Part shown: piece by piece, positions 1 through 12,500 of the stretch | How positions within the stretch are numbered: the stretch's first letter is position 1 | Layout: every line of letters begins with the position of its first letter | Source of the DNA: the human T2T-CHM13v2.0 reference genome, Homo sapiens | Length of the DNA: 64,000 nucleotides | NCBI RefSeq assembly: GCF_009914755.1 | Contig: NC_060935.1 | Reading direction: 5' to 3' (one strand) | Notes under the pieces: generated by a model | The model's input: the letters and a program-made list of their open reading frames with translations, nothing else | Told to the model about the DNA's origin: nothing | Database searches by the model: none | Program-made: the position numbers and the translations under genes

Positions 1-93
1 GTCCCGTTAACTCTTCCGCAAGTGTGAGTGGCGTAACTGTCGGGCTCTTGGCCTTGGTCCCGCCCTTCGCTCGCCTCCGAAGCCTCGCCTACT

Positions 94-101
94 TGACGTC
101 A
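94..101. promoter_or_regulatory. Full palindromic CRE (CREB/ATF site)
   Basis: TGACGTCA ~220 bp upstream of the AASDHPPT ATG, inside the CpG island. Confidence 0.7.
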
Positions 102-322
102 TACAATGCCGCAAAGCGCAGGGCTGATCTCCGTCTCCGCCCCCAGCTGCTTTCTCCGAGAGGAGGTGGCTGAGTCGGGGGCGGGCTGGGAGGGCTGTCG
201 GTGGGCCAGTCTGCGTAGCGACGGCCCGTCCCCTGCGCACGGACGCCGGGAAGAAGGGGGTGGGGCCACGTTTGCGTCCGCGCCATCAGGCCCGAGATAG
301 CGGCGAGGTCCGCTTTCAGTGT

Positions 323-505
323 ATGGTTTTCCCTGCCAAACGGTTCTGCTTGGTGCCATCCATGGAGGGCGTGCGCTGGGCCTTTTCCTGCGGCACTTGG
401 CTGCCGAGCCGAGCCGAATGGCTGCTGGCAGTGCGATCGATTCAGCCCGAGGAGAAGGAGCGCATTGGCCAGTTCGTCTTTGCCCGGGACGCTAAGGCAG
501 CCATG
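323..505 (+). CDS. AASDHPPT: AASDHPPT coding exon 1 (aa 1-61)
   Basis: ATG at 323: MVFPAKRFCLVPSMEGVRWAF...DAKAAM; donor ATG|gtacta at 506; 183 nt. Confidence 0.97.
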
Positions 506-1459
506 GTACTACAGGTCTTTTTTGGTATTTAGAGCCTAGGAAGCAGATCTTGGGGGAGGCGGGCCGGGCTGTGGAGACCCGACACTCCCGCGCTGGCCGC
601 GACCCTCTCGCTGTGGAGCCTGTGGCCGGCCCGGGCGACAGCAGCCGGCGCTGCGGAGTTGTGGGCGACGCACGGCCTGGTTTCCACGGCCTTTGTAACC
701 GCCTTGGAGGCCGCGATGGCTGTAAACATTATCTCTTTCCCCTTGTTATTTCAAATGGAGACCCTCCTAAACCATGAAATAAGTGTAGGGAAGGCCGACA
801 AAATTGGGTTTTTCTGTAATGAATGTTTTTATGTCTTTATCTTTAAATGTTATTTTTTTTTGTTTGTGTGCGTTCATAGCCTATGCTTATTCTGCCTGTT
901 AAATATCCCATCATTCTCCAAGGACTCCCTGCACGTGGTAGGCCCTAGAAATTATTGACAGTATGATTTAGTTTGTAGCCCTGCGCTCCCCGGGATTGAA
1001 GCCAATGAAATTGAAGCCAGAGAGGATACCTTCCTCACTAGATGCCATGGGAAACAGTATTTTACGTAGATTTATTTATTTTAGCTATGTATTTTGAAGC
1101 AACAAATGGAAAACTGGATTTCAAAACAAGTAATCTGTACAATATGGTGCAATTTGAAACAACCGTGAATTACCATCATTTAAAAGACAGTCCTTTCTTA
1201 AAAATGTCCCATATTGAAACACTTTCTGTTTGAAATGTAGACTAGTTGATAATTTTTAAGGCACATTGGTGAAAATTTTTTACTCATTTGTAAGGAATTG
1301 TAAAATAAGCTACATTTAAAAGCCTGCAGTTTTTAAAAGTCAGTGTTAGAATTGAAGAAGAAAAAAACCTGAAAGATATTTTTAAAAATATATACTTTGT
1401 CATCTTATATTCTTGTTTTTTTGTGTGTGTGTTTTTAGTAATTATTTAAAAAATAATAA

Positions 1460-1960
1460 TTGGAGGTGGGAGAGAGCAGAACAAGATAGGTCATGCCTTG
1501 CTAATTGTTGAAGCTGGGTGATCAATATATGGGATCTAGAAATACATATGCACAGATGTAGGTACAGTAGGGTTGCTCACTGCAGAGTTGTTTTTGACAG
1601 CAAGTCTAGAGCCAGCCTAAAATGTCCAATAAAGGGGAAATAATATTATGAAATATGCTACAGTTAAAACTGCATGGACCAGACGTGTGTGTACAGACAT
1701 AAAATACTTCCCAATACTTATAAATTTAAAGCTTATATGTGGTAGAATACTGCATAAGTATAATCTCATGTTTGTGTTTATATGTAGAGTTAGCAAAAAC
1801 AAGTAAATGCACATATATTTAAATACAGAAAAGACTGACAGGATGCCAGCTGTTAACTTTGGTCACTAGCAAAGGAGAGGGAATTGCTAAGGCGGGCTTT
1901 AACTTTTTATCTACTTAAGCATTGCTTAAGTCTTAATTAACGTGTGTTTAATACTTAAGT
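1460..1960 (+). mobile_element. Old L1M (L1MC/ME-like) fragments
   Basis: Degenerate L1 3' motifs (ttgaagctgggtgat; cactgcag...gacagcaa...aaatgtccaataaagggg). Confidence 0.45.
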
Positions 1961-2078
1961 ATTTTGAAAAGTTTTAAAAATGAAAATTTTAGAAACCAAA
2001 AAAAAGTACTATTGCATACAGTGTGCTTGTATCTTTAGTAGACATCAGTACATACCAAATGTTTTATGTACTTAACAG

Positions 2079-2304
2079 GCTGGTCGTCTGATGATAAGGA
2101 AATTAGTTGCAGAGAAATTGAATATCCCTTGGAATCATATTCGTTTGCAAAGAACTGCAAAAGGAAAACCAGTTCTTGCAAAGGACTCATCGAATCCTTA
2201 CCCGAATTTCAACTTTAACATCTCTCATCAAGGAGACTATGCAGTGCTTGCTGCTGAACCTGAGCTGCAAGTTGGAATTGATATAATGAAGACTAGTTTT
2301 CCAG
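2079..2304 (+). CDS. AASDHPPT: AASDHPPT exon 2 (aa 62-137), contains GKP, FNISH and GID(129) PPTase motifs
   Basis: Acceptor ttaacag|GCT; AGRLMIRK...KGKP...FNISHQG...VGIDIMKTSFP; donor CAG|gtaacg; 226 nt. Confidence 0.98.
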
Positions 2305-2695
2305 GTAACGTTGCATTTTTCTAGTATGGCAGTTAAGTGTCTCGATGCCTCAGTTCTATTGCTATTGAGTAATCTCAGGCCAGGAGATGTATTAGAGATA
2401 TTTCAGTTTAGGGAAAATGTGCTTAGTACACAAAGGTAATGGAGAGCATAAATCTGAAAAGGGTATATTTCCATGAATATTTACAGACTTACACATAAAT
2501 AATAGATTATCCGTTACTGGGGATCCATAACTTTGCCTAGAGGTAAAGTGAAATATTAAGTGAAATTTTTTTTGAATTATACTTCAATTTATTTCACTTA
2601 AACATTAACCACAATTTTTCAGTTAATTGTTTGTTTTTTAAAAAAGAATCTGAATAGTAAAGTACATTGTAGTCCTTATGTAGAGATAACATATA

Positions 2696-2953
2696 CAGTT
2701 GACACATGAACAACACAAGTTTGAACTGCATGGGTCTACTCATGTGAATTTTTTTCAGTAGTTGGCCCTCTGTCCCCATAGATTCTGCATCCACAATCAA
2801 ACGTGTATCAAGATTCAGTATTTGCAGGATATGAAACCTGAGGATGTGGAGGGCTGACTTCATATATGCAGGTTCCATAGGGCCGCATGCGCAGATTTTG
2901 GTATCTGAGGAGGGTCCTGGAACCAGTCCCCAGTGGATACCAACGGGCGACTC
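2696..2953. mobile_element. Tigger2-derived MITE (MER8/Tigger2a-like)
   Basis: Starts ta|CAGTTGAC...GAACAACAC...TTTGAACTGC; ends cctggaaccagtccccagtggatacc...gggcgact, typical Tigger2 ends. Confidence 0.7.
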
Positions 2954-3169
2954 TTTGTTCTGCATCTAAATACATCTCTTTTTAGCCCATTTATGTAAGT
3001 AAAAATGAGGAGCAAGCATTATTAAAATATTTAAGTTGCTTATATATTGCCTTAGAAATTTGTTAGTGGTGGCTTTAAGGACCACTAACATTTGTGGTGA
3101 AGTTGAATGTACCCAGGCAATTTAATACATACTAAATACAGGTTCTCTTAACTGCTGTATATTTGTCAT

Positions 3170-3760
3170 CATCACTAACATTTAATGAACACTTAACCAC
3201 GTGTCATGGCATTTTACATAGTGCTTTAGACATATTCTGTGATTTAATTCTCTCAACTACCCTATGATGCATATACTGCTATTTTTAAAGAAAATAAGTA
3301 ACAGGCTAAGAAGAAAGCTATTAATAAAAGAACCCACATCTTCCTAATTTCATAGTAAAACTATCTAATCTCCATACTGCCTGCACCATATGTGGTTTGA
3401 ATATGTGGCTCTCTCAGTCTGTAAGGCTTGTATTAATTTTATCTCTCACTCCCATTTCTGCATAGAGAACTCCTATTTACTTGTTAGATTTCACCTTAAC
3501 CTTACTTTAGGGAAGCTTTGTGAGCCTTCAATCTAAGCTAGGTTCTTTTGTTGTAGGTTCTCATAAAATATATTTTCCTTATTCCAGTAATGTATCTCAG
3601 TTGATTATTCATCAGGATGATTGATTATCTTTTCCTGATACTTAAAAGCTGTGTGAGAGCAAGAACCATGTTAGCCACATCAGAGTTTGATCACTATCAC
3701 ATCTCTTAGTACCTTGCCTAGCATGTAATAGTAAAATATTTGTCAAATGAATGAATAAAC
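3170..3760. mobile_element. MIR fragment followed by L2 3' end
   Basis: MIR core (atttaattctctcaactaccctatga); L2 tail aaatatttgtcaaatgaatgaataaa. Confidence 0.55.
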
Positions 3761-4389
3761 ACTGTGCTGTTAGAGTATAGGCTTCAGTGTGGTTGTGAAT
3801 CTCTTCTCCCTTTTGCTTTTATTGTCCTTACCTTGCATTTTCCTACTAGCTACTCTTTCTCTTACCTGCTAATAAACCTTTCCAGTACAACTCTATTCTC
3901 AGGTTTGTTCAGAACAAGGCCCTACTAGTGATTTTGGAAACCTTATAACAGATTGTTGATCTGATTCCCTGGATAAGATTCAAGGAATTTTGTTTACCTC
4001 CTGAAATTGTATGCTACATTTTGTATGATATGCACATGTGCATTTTTCTTGGGAAAGGATCTGGTATTCAACAGGGACATAGGTGGCTTACTCTAAAAAA
4101 ATTGCTGCTATAGAGGATTCTTAGCATGGGAATTAGCCCATATATTCTTGTAGCTTTCTGCTGTCATTACAGGAACTTTTTCTAAAATCAGAAATGGAAA
4201 GGCCATTGTTTTTTAGAATGCAGTCAGCACAACTACCTGGTAATAATTGGCCCAGTGGGTTGGTATCTGCTTGGAAATGATACTTCTGAGAAACAGATTT
4301 TGTTACCAGTTAACTTGATGGGCAGTGTTGGCTATGGTCAATGCTAGATAAACAAGTAATTAATAACTGAAGCTTTTAATAAATGATGG

Positions 4390-4641
4390 TGTTCTCACTC
4401 ATAGATGGGAATTGAACAGTGAGAACACATGGACACAGGAAGGGGAACATCACACTCTGGGGACTGTTGTGGGTGGGGGAAGGGGGGAGGGATAGCATTA
4501 GGAGATACACCTAATGCTAAATGATGAGTTAATGGGTGCAGCACACCAGCATGGCACATGTATACATATGTAACTAACCTGCACATTGTGCACATGTACC
4601 CTAGAACTTAAAGTATAATAATAATAATAATAATAAAGAAA
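4390..4641 (+). mobile_element. 5'-truncated L1PA (L1PA3/4-like) 3' end, sense to AASDHPPT intron 2
   Basis: L1 3'UTR with G-rich tract and (TAA)n/A tail; 12-bp TSD AATAAATGATGG at 4378-4389 and 4642-4653. Confidence 0.92.
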
Positions 4642-6049
4642 AATAAATGATGGAAAGACAATTGAGCAAAAATTTAAGATTTAGTTTTCCTGTTAATTGT
4701 GTTATTAGACCTCCCCCCACCAGTTTTTTTTAGTTGATCTTACTTGACTAATCACAATGTCTAGGCCTTTTCCTTTTCTTTATTTTGTTGTGAAAAAGCT
4801 GTTGCTATGTCCAGTAACACAGAAAGGAAGAGAGATTTTCCAATTGTCACTAGTGTTGTTACCATGCTACTGATTCCTGAAGCATCAATGGACACAGCAT
4901 GATTTCTTAATGAAGATGGGAAGTAGACACTGATTTGCTTCATTGGAGATTCTTTGAATTGCTCTACTTATTGTAGTAAGTGAGGAGATTGAGCAAGGGA
5001 TTTTTCCTAAGAGTCTTGCTAAATGATGCTAGGCAAAACTTAGGAGAGCAGCAAGGAAAGTACTCTGTTTTGTACTAGGCATCGTTACTAGATTGCCAAC
5101 TCTAAAGACAGAGTTGGCTTTTGGGGGTTATCATTAGTGCATTGAAAGAGTCAATTCCATTACTCTGTCTTGTCCTATAGGTAAGAATCCACTAGGAACT
5201 CAGAGAGTCTTTTTCTTTCATGGTGCATTAACCATTTCTGCTGAGTGCAGCTCATTTCCCTCCCTCTACCTGTTCTCCCAACTGTTGCTGTGGACGTGCA
5301 GGAGAGAACATACCTAGTATATAGCCTACCATATGCCAGGACGGTACATTCTTACTCTTAGGAAGAATGGTGTTTTCCTGGTCTTCATCTTAATTTATTA
5401 CCCTCTTTTAGAAAATTTTGGTTGGTTTTCCCTTTGTTTTCTAATTTTTTCTACCATTAAAAGTGTTTGAAGTGATAAGCATAAAGGGTAACTTTTGAAT
5501 TGTTTAGTTTTGTGACCATATTTACAAAGTAAGGCAAAATAAAATAGACAAAATACATAAAAATTATGATTGAAATTTGGGAAAGGACCAGAATTTTCCC
5601 CCTATGGTTTTACATGTTCGTCTTTACATTTTTAAAATAAACTTTGCTGGACTTTTTTTTTTAAATGCACTTGGGATTTAAAACCTGTAAGTAGTTTTAG
5701 AAACTCACACATCACTTTGTACTCTGAATTCCTTACTGGAAAACCAAGTCTCCACCCTCAAGGAGTTTTCCTCCTTCCCAGTTACAGGTCGGTCTTTTTC
5801 CTTTGTCAGTAGGATTTGATTGTGTAACTAGTATTTATTGAGCAATTCCTACAAGTGTGTGACACTATATTAGATGCCTAATAGGTATTATTTCATCTTT
5901 GTAAGACTAGTGCGTAAGTACTACTGTTATTTTATATAAAAGGTTAAGACATTTGTCCAAGTTGACTTAGCTAAAAAGTAAAACTTCATATATTTAACCA
6001 CTGCTCTCTACAGTATATGGCCTCTCAGTATGAGATTTTATTGATTCCT

Positions 6050-7070
6050 ATTAAAAGAATTTGCAGATACCAAAATATGAAAAATTCTGTGAAACTGGGT
6101 TACATACATTTAAAGTTGTTATGGAAGAACTAATGACTAGGAATATGAAAAATATAGTAAGGGTCTTGCCTTACCAGTTTCAAAAACTTGTGTTAGTCAT
6201 TGTAAACTAAAAAGAGTATGGTACTAGCGAAAGAATAGACAACTGGAAGAGTTAATCTTAGAGCCCAGGATATATACATATTTCAATTCAGTGGATAAAA
6301 GATTATTTATTAAATGGTGCTGGTAGAATTGGTTAGTCATGTGGATGTAACACATACTATATACACCAATTTGGAGGAATTAGAAATTTAAAAATAAAAA
6401 AGTTTAAAATTTTAGGACAAAATATAGTTGACTATGATGTCGAGTTGCAGTAAATCTTTTTATGAATTCTTTTCAAACGAGACAGAGTTCAGAATTTATC
6501 AAAGAATGGATATTTAAATTTAAAAAAATTATATTCCAAAAATATAACCAAATACAAAAGATAAATAATAGAATAAGGAAAATTCTTATAACAAATTTGG
6601 TAAGGTGTCAATATCCATAATATATAAAGAGCTTCTATGAAGTGATTAGAAAATATTAATAGGCACGTTACAGAAGAACAAATTCAAGCAGTCAGTAAGC
6701 TATTACCTTAATGATTAGAGTAATGCAAATTAAAGTAACAGTGAGGTGCCCATCAGATTTGCAGAAAATTGGAAAAAAAACACTTAGAGCTTGTGAAAAT
6801 GTCGGAAAAGAACAATCATATAGATGGAAACACTAGAAATTGCTACAGGCTTTTTGGAAAATAATGTTAAAATTGAAAATACACATAGTCTTTGATTTAG
6901 CGATCTTGTTTATAGTACTCTATCCAAAATATTTATGAATAACAACAAAACCTGAATGCTGCTAATAGAAATTGGTTAAATAAATTAATGGTGGATGCAT
7001 TCTGCAGATAATTATTAGCTGTAATAAAAGAATTAGTTAGGTCTATATGAACCTGAAGGGACTTAGAATA
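6050..7070 (+). mobile_element. Old L1ME ORF2/3' fragment
   Basis: Degenerate L1 ORF2-end motifs (gtatggtactagcgaaagaatagac; taaatggtgctgg; aatgcaaattaaagtaacagtgag). Confidence 0.65.
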
Positions 7071-7092
7071 TATATATATTTAATATTATAAT

Positions 7093-7215
7093 AGAGACAG
7101 GGTTTCTCCATGTTGCCTAGGCTAGTATTGAACTCCTGGGCTCAAGTGATCTGCCTGCCTCAGCCTCCCAAGTGCTAGGATTACAGGCGTGAGGTGTGAG
7201 CCACTGTGCCCAGCC
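7093..7215 (-). mobile_element. FLAM_C-like Alu monomer
   Basis: Antisense left-monomer Alu sequence. Confidence 0.8.
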
Positions 7216-7230
7216 AATATCACATCATAG

Positions 7231-7539
<309 letters not shown>

Positions 7540-7712
7540 TAAACAATATTCCCAGCTGATAGACGTATTAATGTTTGGGAAATTCTGTATTGGATGTAAT
7601 TTACAGAACTAACAAAAAGAAAAATTGTAGCCCATTTACCATTTTTTATGAGTGATATTATCAGAAAGTCATTGCCTCACACTATAACAAAATTAAAGTT
7701 TTATTAACACTT

Positions 7713-8012
<300 letters not shown>

Positions 8013-8465
8013 AGTTTTATTAACACTTACTAGAACACAATGTAATTGTATATTTGAGCAAACTTCTGAAAGATGGCTTTTGAAGCTTAAAATAATAAAC
8101 CACTAAGTCAACAGATATGATTTCATATTAAATCATCTTTCACAAACCAGAGAATATATTGGTGGCAAATTTGACAGACAAAGGTTAATGTTGTTAAGAT
8201 ATGAAATGCCCCTCTAAATATCGATGGGAAAACCACTTAAGCCTTACTTGATGAATATAGGAAGGACTTTATAAAAACAGTTGACAAAAGAAGATACACA
8301 TTTAACCATGACTTTGACAACAACCTCAGAGCTAATATTTATTAAGTACTTGATAGTTCCAGGCATTTTACATGTTTATTCTTAATCTGCCCAATTCTTT
8401 GTCCCAATTTTACAGTTTGAGAAACAGCCATAGAGATGTTAAGTAAATGTTAAATAAATAACCCA

Positions 8466-8601
8466 CAGGTTGAGTATCCCTAGTGGGAAATCCACAGTGC
8501 TCCACTGAGTTTTTCCTTTGAGTATAATTTTGATGCTCAAAAAGCTTTGAGTTTTATAGCATTTTGGATTTCAGGTTTTCAGATTAGGGATCCTCAATCT
8601 C
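8466..8601. mobile_element. Tigger4/MER46-like MITE inserted in a MIR
   Basis: TIRs CAGGTTGAGTATCCCTA ... TTAGGGATCCTCAATCT; MIR-like sequence on both sides. Confidence 0.7.
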
Positions 8602-8714
8602 TAGCTAAGAAGTGATGGACCAGCATTTGAACATTTGACTGCAGGGACATAGAATTAAAACTCCGAAGGGTACGCGAATGTGTGTGCTTATGTATAATTT
8701 AAATTGTATCCATG

Positions 8715-9560
8715 TGTATATTAGTTTCTTCAGGCTGCTTAACAAAGTACCTCAAACATGGTGTCTTAAAGTGACCGAAAGCTCTTCTGTAAGTTCTGGA
8801 AGGCTGGAAGTTAAGGTGTCAGCAGGGCCATGGTCTCTCTGAAGGTTCTAAGAAAGAATCCTTCCTTGCTTCTTCCTAGTTTCTGCTCATTCCTAGCAGT
8901 CCTTGGCTTGCAGTTGCATCACTCCAATTTTTGCCTTCACCTTCAAATGACCTTTTCTGTCTCCTCTCTGTGTGTCTGTCTCTCCTTGTAAGGAAACCAG
9001 GCATTGGATTCAGGGCTCACTTTAATTAGGTATGACCTGATCTTAACTTGATTACATCTATAAAGACTCTATTTCCAAATAAGGTCACATTCTAAGGTTC
9101 TGGGTGGACATGAATTTCAGGAGACACCCTTCAACCCAGTAGAGTCCATTCTCTGGCCCCCTGCAAAATTTATATCCATCTAACATACAAAGTAAATTCA
9201 CCCCATCCCAGCATTAGCAATTCTCAGCCCATTCCAGCATTAACTCTAAATCTCATGTAAGTGTTAATATCATCAACCCAAAAAGTGGCAGATCTCATCT
9301 CAATCATCTAAATCAGCTATGTGTGAAACTGGAGTATGATCCTTCTTGGGGCAAAATTCCTCTCATCTGTGGACTTGTGAAAGCAGAAAACAAGTCTTCT
9401 AAAATTCAGTGGTAGGAGAGGCATAGGATAGACATTCCCATTCCAAAAAGAAGTTCGAAGTAAAAAGGGGTCATTGTTCTCAAACATGTTCCAAACCCAG
9501 CAGAGTAAATTCATTAGGTTTCAAAGCCTGAAAATAAAAGGCTTCATGCTCTGTCCTCTT
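8715..9560 (-). mobile_element. MaLR MLT1 (MLT1C-like) LTR plus adjoining internal sequence
   Basis: tattagtttc...aaggtgtcagcagggcc...ccaaataaggtcacattct LTR to ~9142, then MLT/MST-internal motifs (gcaaaattcctctc...ggatagacattcccattccaaaa). Confidence 0.75.
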
Positions 9561-12500
9561 GGTCCTCTTCTTCATTCTCTGGAGTTCTTCCTGAAAGGAT
9601 AACATTCGCAGCCCAGTAGTTCTAGCTCTATCAGCCTGTTTCTTGCCTCTGTGTGTTAATACCTATATGTGTTGGTAAACAATGTAAGAGCAACTGAAGT
9701 TTAGGACTGCCTAAATGGTGAGTTTCAAACCTAGGTTGACGTTATTTCAATCTAGTGCTTTTTCTGCTGTACTCCACAAATTGAGGGCTTAAATACATCC
9801 TTTGATAGTAACATGCAAGAAGCTTTGTGCATGTAGTTTGTGAAACCTATATTGGCAGCTCAGATATTTTTGTGTTATTCTAGGTTTTTGTCTGGATAAG
9901 TTCCTGGACAAATGAGCTGATAAGCATTACGGTGTACATACTAACTCATATCTTAGAAGACTGTCACTTCTCATAGAAGCAAAATTATATATAATTCTAT
10001 TATATACAGTTCAGTACTTAGAAAGTGAAACTATTACAATTTCTAATATGATTTATTATCTAAGGCTAAATTTTGGTACTTTGAAGCAAGCACGTAGATG
10101 GGCATTGCTTAACTCCCTTCCACTTCCCTCAAAAATGACCAGCCCATTTTCCTAAAGGCTGAGGTAGTTATATGTATATATTTGTATATACATATTGGTG
10201 ACCTTGTTTTGGAGAGGGATTAATGTCGTAGGCCCTGAGGTTCTGGATTTTTTTCCGTAGGCCTGAAATAGTTGCTCAAGGCATTGGATCTAAATGATTT
10301 TGTTGTATGTTACTACTGTGTTTAAAATAAAACATTAGTTGCTGGGTGGTCTTGATTAGTTAATCATTCCAGAATACAATATCTAACACTGCTCTCCCTA
10401 ATGATCAAGCTATAAGATGGAAGATCAGGTTTTTCTAAATTTGACTGATGATTCTCTGTGTATGTAATGGTATTATTAGAACTTGCCAACGTATGTGCAG
10501 TAATTGTGCTGTCTTCAAATAGTTTAAGGGACAAATTCACTGTTCTTCCTACCGATTTTTCTTTATTCCAGTTTCCTAGGTAAACTGCACTTAATACTTA
10601 ACACAATATTTGCCCACTGTATATCCACCATAATGCCACAGTGTGGCGCTGCTGTGCTTTGGCCGAATATTTACGAAATCACCTTTTCCTATTGCTGTCA
10701 AATTTTTTATTTTGTGGACTAAATAAGATGCTCTAAAGTATATGAAAACGCACTCGTATCGGATATTTTTTGGCTGTACATAATGAGTTATGTGATTGCT
10801 TTCTAGTGATTGTGCCAGATTGATTGCCTTTTATGTTAATCAGTTTTTTAATAGCATGCTTATTTAAATTTTTTTCCTTGATTGCCCCATCTTATTTAGT
10901 TAAAAATCAGAAGGCTTCTTGGAGGTTATAAAAATAAAATTTGAAGAAAGCAGCAAGCAGAATGACTCTATAGATGACAAAATGCGTATCTTTTTAAATG
11001 CAGATTTTTTGGACATTAATCTGTTAAAACTACAGTTTCACTCAAAATATATAATGCAGGCTTCCAAACCAAAAATAGTTTATTCCTCCCATTATTGTTA
11101 CATATGCTGTTTGTGCCAAAATCCATTCAACAAGAAACAGTTTTTGATTTTTGTAGATATAGTGTTCCCAATGTTTAAAATTTCCAGATTTACTTTTGTT
11201 ACTTCAGAAGCTTTCTGTCTTTACTTTCTTTGAAGTGTTCTTTAAGATGTTACTTATCAAGCCAGTATGTACTATTGATGCATTGAACAAAAAAGTTTTT
11301 ATTGAGGGGCTTCTATTAATGTTAGTCTCAGGAAGGTGTTGAGGAGTAAACACCAGACAACAAAGGGATCCATGGCCCCAAAAGGGGTAAGAATTTCTTG
11401 CCATTGAACTCTTAAGATCACAATTTAATATTTCGGTGCCTAAAAATGAATGAGGATTCTTATTTTGATCCATAGTACCACATATCAGCAACAGGATCGG
11501 CAGAAATACTTCCTGATGAACTAAGAGGAGACTATTTTGACTCTTGAAGCGGGAGTACTGGGAGAATCATAACTATTTCATGACAGAACCGATTTTTAAT
11601 ATACTCTACCCTTGAGATGATTGTGGGAAAGGTATTTGGTTACTGCAGGAGAAACTGTAAACTCTCTGTGAAGATAAGGACCATGTCTGTTTTGCTCATC
11701 ATGCGGTTCGTGGTACCTAGCACTTGTATGCTTTTAGTGAGTGATCATAATGGAATTCTAATTGTTGAATTCTCATAGAGAGAATTAGTGATTAAATGCC
11801 AGTGAAGTATTAAGGGGATGTTCAACATCTTCAACATCTTTTTTCTCCACATATTTATTTACATAAGAAATGCCCATAGAGTGTGTGGTATCAGCTATCA
11901 TAAGAATTGTGTTAATCATTTGAGAATGTCAAATTTTGGAGTTGGTTATTTTAGAAGTGGGAATTGGAGTAAGCCCATATTAACAGAATCCACAAAGGGA
12001 TTACCTTCAAAAGGTTTTCTGGAAAATAATGTAATAATGAACTAAGGATACAGGGCAGAAGAATATTTAGGAAATAATTTACCATATAATAGTTAACATT
12101 CATGTATACACTTAGTAAATGTTTGTGGTTCACTTACCTTGGAACAGGCTCTCTGATAGGCCCATTAGGCTGTAAGTATAAAAGGCAAGAACAGTGATCA
12201 ATTTACTTTTAATATTAGTTGAATATGTATTTGTGTAAATATTTATACATATTATGCATATTTATATAAAATGAATGATGGTAGAAAGTTTGTGCTTGGT
12301 GGTAAAGACACACAAACACATAATTTTAATGTTTTGGAAAATTCAGTACCAGAGGCCTACCATGAATTTTAACATGTATCTTACCCCTTGGTTCTGGGAA
12401 TCAGATCCTTTGAGTTGTATCTTTTGTCATTTATTTTTAGAATGCTATGTAATATTTTGTTATCTATGAAATAGTGGCACTAAAGATATATTTCAAGTTT

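Larger units (their letters stand above)
1..720. promoter_or_regulatory. CpG island / AASDHPPT promoter (probably bidirectional)
   Basis: High GC and CpG density that drops abruptly after ~720; GC boxes at 59-65, 137-142 and 178-185; no TATA box. Head-to-head KBTBD3 neighbour is prior knowledge, not seen here. Confidence 0.9.

Noticed and set aside
7-958. Many overlapping short ORFs in the CpG island
   Set aside because: Expected from stop-codon scarcity in GC-rich DNA; only 323-505 matches a known protein; no kelch/BTB sequence present
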